A DNA stretch of 26,885 bases from a virus (Duplodnaviria > Caudoviricetes), in IMG/VR virus record IMGVR_UViG_3300038675_000890, positions 1 to 26,885 of that record, one strand, 5' to 3'. Under the pieces are notes generated by a model that saw only the letters and a list, made by a program, of their open reading frames with translations, was not told the origin of the DNA and ran no database searches. Below are positions 25,007-26,885 of the stretch, one piece after another. The stretch's first letter is position 1; every line of letters begins with the position of its first letter. A program made the position numbers and the translations under genes.

Positions 25007-26259
25007 GTATATTTTCAGGACTGTTCCATTCAAGGGATACGCCCAAAAACAGTCTAAACGGCAGTCGCTACAGCTTCTTTTTCGGAGGCACATGCTCGGG
25101 AAAGTCCGTCAACGAGCATACGGCAATGCAGATGACGGCAGTGTACTCCTGCGTAAGGATACTTTCCGAAACGGTGGCCGGGCTTCCGCTTCATGTGTAC
25201 AAATACAACGACAAAGGCGGCAAAGAAAAGCACCTCGCCCACCCGTTATATAAACTGCTCCACGACGAGCCAAACCCTGAGATGACTTCATTCGCGTTCC
25301 GGGAAACGCTGATGAGTCATCTTTTGTTATGGGGTAACGCGTACTCGCAGGTTATTCGCAACGCGCGCGGCGAGGTCGTCGCCCTTTATCCGCTGATGCC
25401 AAATAAAATGACGGTCGACCGTGATTCAAACGGCCGACTTTTTTACTTATATCAACGAAGTTCGGAGGATGCGCCTTCACTCGGAAAAGACAGCCAAGTC
25501 TATCTCTCTCCGTCCGACGTCCTGCATATCCCCGGTTTGGGTTTTGACGGGCTGGTCGGGTATTCGCCGATTGCGATGGCGAAAAATGCTGTCGGACTTG
25601 CCATCGCCACCGAGGAATACGGCGCGAAGTTCTTCGCCAACGGCGCGGCTCCGGGCGGTGTGCTCGAACACCCCGGTACCATCAAGGACCCGCAAAAAGT
25701 GAAGGACAGCTGGAACTCCGCCTATCAGGGAAGTGGAAACGCCCACCGCGTGGCCGTGCTGGAGGAAGGCATGAAATATCAGCCCATCGGCGTTTCGCCG
25801 GAGCAGGCACAGTTTTTGGAAACACGGAAGTTTCAGATCAACGAGATTGCCCGTATTTTCAGAATACCGCCCCACATGCTCGCTGACCTTGAGAAATCAT
25901 CGTTTTCCAACATCGAGCAGCAGTCGCTAGAATTCGTGAAGTACACCCTTGATCCGTGGGTGGTGCGCTGGGAACAGTCTATGTGCCGTACCCTACTCAT
26001 GGAAAGCGAAAAGCCGACGGTGTTTATTAAATTCAACGTGGACGGATTGCTCCGTGGCGACTATGCCAGCCGTATGAACGGTTACGCCACCGCCCGTCAG
26101 AACGGCTGGATGTCCGCGAACGATATCCGGGAGATGGAGAACCTCGACCGCATCCCGGCGGAGTTGGGCGGCGACCTTTACCTCATCAACGGTGCGATGA
26201 CAAAATTACAGGACGCGGGCGCGTTCGCCACTACTAAAAAAACGGAGGGAACCGAATGA
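25003..26259 (+). CDS. Phage portal protein, HK97 family
   Basis: 'AVYSCVRILSETVAGLP', 'LLWGNAY', 'GYSPI', 'EIARIFRIPPHML', 'SSFSNIEQQ'. ATGA overlap with terL. Confidence 0.95.
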   Translation: MSIFSGLFHSRDTPKNSLNGSRYSFFFGGTCSGKSVNEHTAMQMTAVYSCVRILSETVAGLPLHVYKYNDKGGKEKHLAHPLYKLLHDEPNPEMTSFAFRETLMSHLLLWGNAYSQVIRNARGEVVALYPLMPNKMTVDRDSNGRLFYLYQRSSEDAPSLGKDSQVYLSPSDVLHIPGLGFDGLVGYSPIAMAKNAVGLAIATEEYGAKFFANGAAPGGVLEHPGTIKDPQKVKDSWNSAYQGSGNAHRVAVLEEGMKYQPIGVSPEQAQFLETRKFQINEIARIFRIPPHMLADLEKSSFSNIEQQSLEFVKYTLDPWVVRWEQSMCRTLLMESEKPTVFIKFNVDGLLRGDYASRMNGYATARQNGWMSANDIREMENLDRIPAELGGDLYLINGAMTKLQDAGAFATTKKTEGTE

Positions 26260-26885
26260 AGAAATTCTGGAACTGGGCGCGGGATGAAGATTCCGGCGTC
26301 CGAACACTCTACCTTGACGGCGTTATCGCCGAGGAGTCTTGGTTTGACGATGATATCACTCCACAGGTGTTCAAAGCCGATTTGGATGCCGGTGAGGGTG
26401 ATATCGTTCTATGGCTCAACTCACCCGGCGGCGACTGCGTGGCTGCAAGCCGTATCTACGCCATGCTCATGGACTACAAAGGTAAGGTTACCGTCAAGAT
26501 CGACGGTATAGCAGCTTCTGCCGCTTCTGTAATCGCCATGGCGGGAACGAGCGTGCTCATGGCTCCGACAGCGCTCATGATGGTGCATAACCCTCTCACC
26601 GTGGCGATCGGCGACAGCGAGGAGATGCAAAAAGCAATAGCTATGCTGGACGAAGTTAAGGAATCTATCATCAACGCTTACGAGATTAAGACCGGGCAGT
26701 CACGAGCAAAGCTCTCCCATCTCATGGATGCGGAAACATGGCTCAACGCCAACAAAGCCATAGAACTCGGCTTCGCGGACGGCATTCTGGAGGATGAGAA
26801 AAAGCGTGTTCAGTCGGAGGCTGTTACCTACGCTTTCAGCCGCCGGGCAGTGACAAACTCGCTGCTGAACAAGGTAAAACCCAAG
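26256..26885 (+). CDS. ClpP-like prohead (head maturation) protease, 3' end beyond the window
   Basis: Not in the ORF track. Translated by hand from ATG 26256 (SD GGAGG, ATGA overlap with the portal stop): MKKFWNW...'WLNSPGGD', 'IDGIAASAASVIAMAG', 'MMVHNP', 'ETWLNANKAIELGFAD'. Confidence 0.93.
   Translation, partial: MKKFWNWARDEDSGVRTLYLDGVIAEESWFDDDITPQVFKADLDAGEGDIVLWLNSPGGDCVAASRIYAMLMDYKGKVTVKIDGIAASAASVIAMAGTSVLMAPTALMMVHNPLTVAIGDSEEMQKAIAMLDEVKESIINAYEIKTGQSRAKLSHLMDAETWLNANKAIELGFADGILEDEKKRVQSEAVTYAFSRRAVTNSLLNKVKPK

Larger units (their letters stand above)
8669..26885 (+). mobile_element. Prophage (HK97-like portal/ClpP head module, PolA-type replication module); continues beyond the right edge, and the left boundary may include the R-M block
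   Basis: Co-oriented run of regulator, helicase, PolA, primase, VRR-NUC, late activator, HNH, TerS, TerL, portal and protease. No integrase or att site visible in the window. Confidence 0.92.

Noticed and set aside
1-26885. Integrase, att site, tRNA, IS element or reverse transcriptase
   Set aside because: None was recognised in the window, so the element boundaries cannot be fixed from this sequence.

Overview
The window holds the left part of a temperate-phage-like element from what is probably a moderately GC-rich Clostridia/Firmicutes host (inferred from sigma-A-type promoters, strong GGAGG Shine-Dalgarno sites and the gene families). On the minus strand (1-6406) is an operon of a small XRE/Cro-like HTH gene, an unusually long Type III R-M Mod (DPPY/FAGSG, with an AT-rich target-recognition segment) and a Type III Res that runs off the left edge and is absent from the ORF track. 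Divergent from it, on back-to-back sigma-A promoters, is a 627-aa ImmA/IrrE-like HExxH metallopeptidase with a C-terminal XRE-like HTH. A 410-bp regulatory spacer follows, with two related palindromes, a terminator and a highly structured ~200-nt RNA leader. The plus-strand phage genes are: a sigma-region-4-like regulator, SNF2 helicase, two hypothetical replication proteins, family A DNA polymerase, a DUF4406/NDT-like protein, an NrS-1-like prim-pol/helicase, a repeat-rich putative origin, VRR-NUC, a RinA/ArpU-like activator, HNH, small terminase, two tandem ParB-methyltransferases (SPPY and DPPY; the first has a probable nonsense codon near its end), a moron-like two-gene cassette, large terminase, HK97-type portal and a ClpP-type prohead protease (cut by the right edge). 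No integrase, att site, CRISPR, tRNA or rRNA was seen. The most interesting candidate system is the HTH / metallopeptidase-HTH / structured-leader / sigma-like switch between the Type III R-M operon and the phage early operon. All family calls come from motif recognition by eye, not from database searches.
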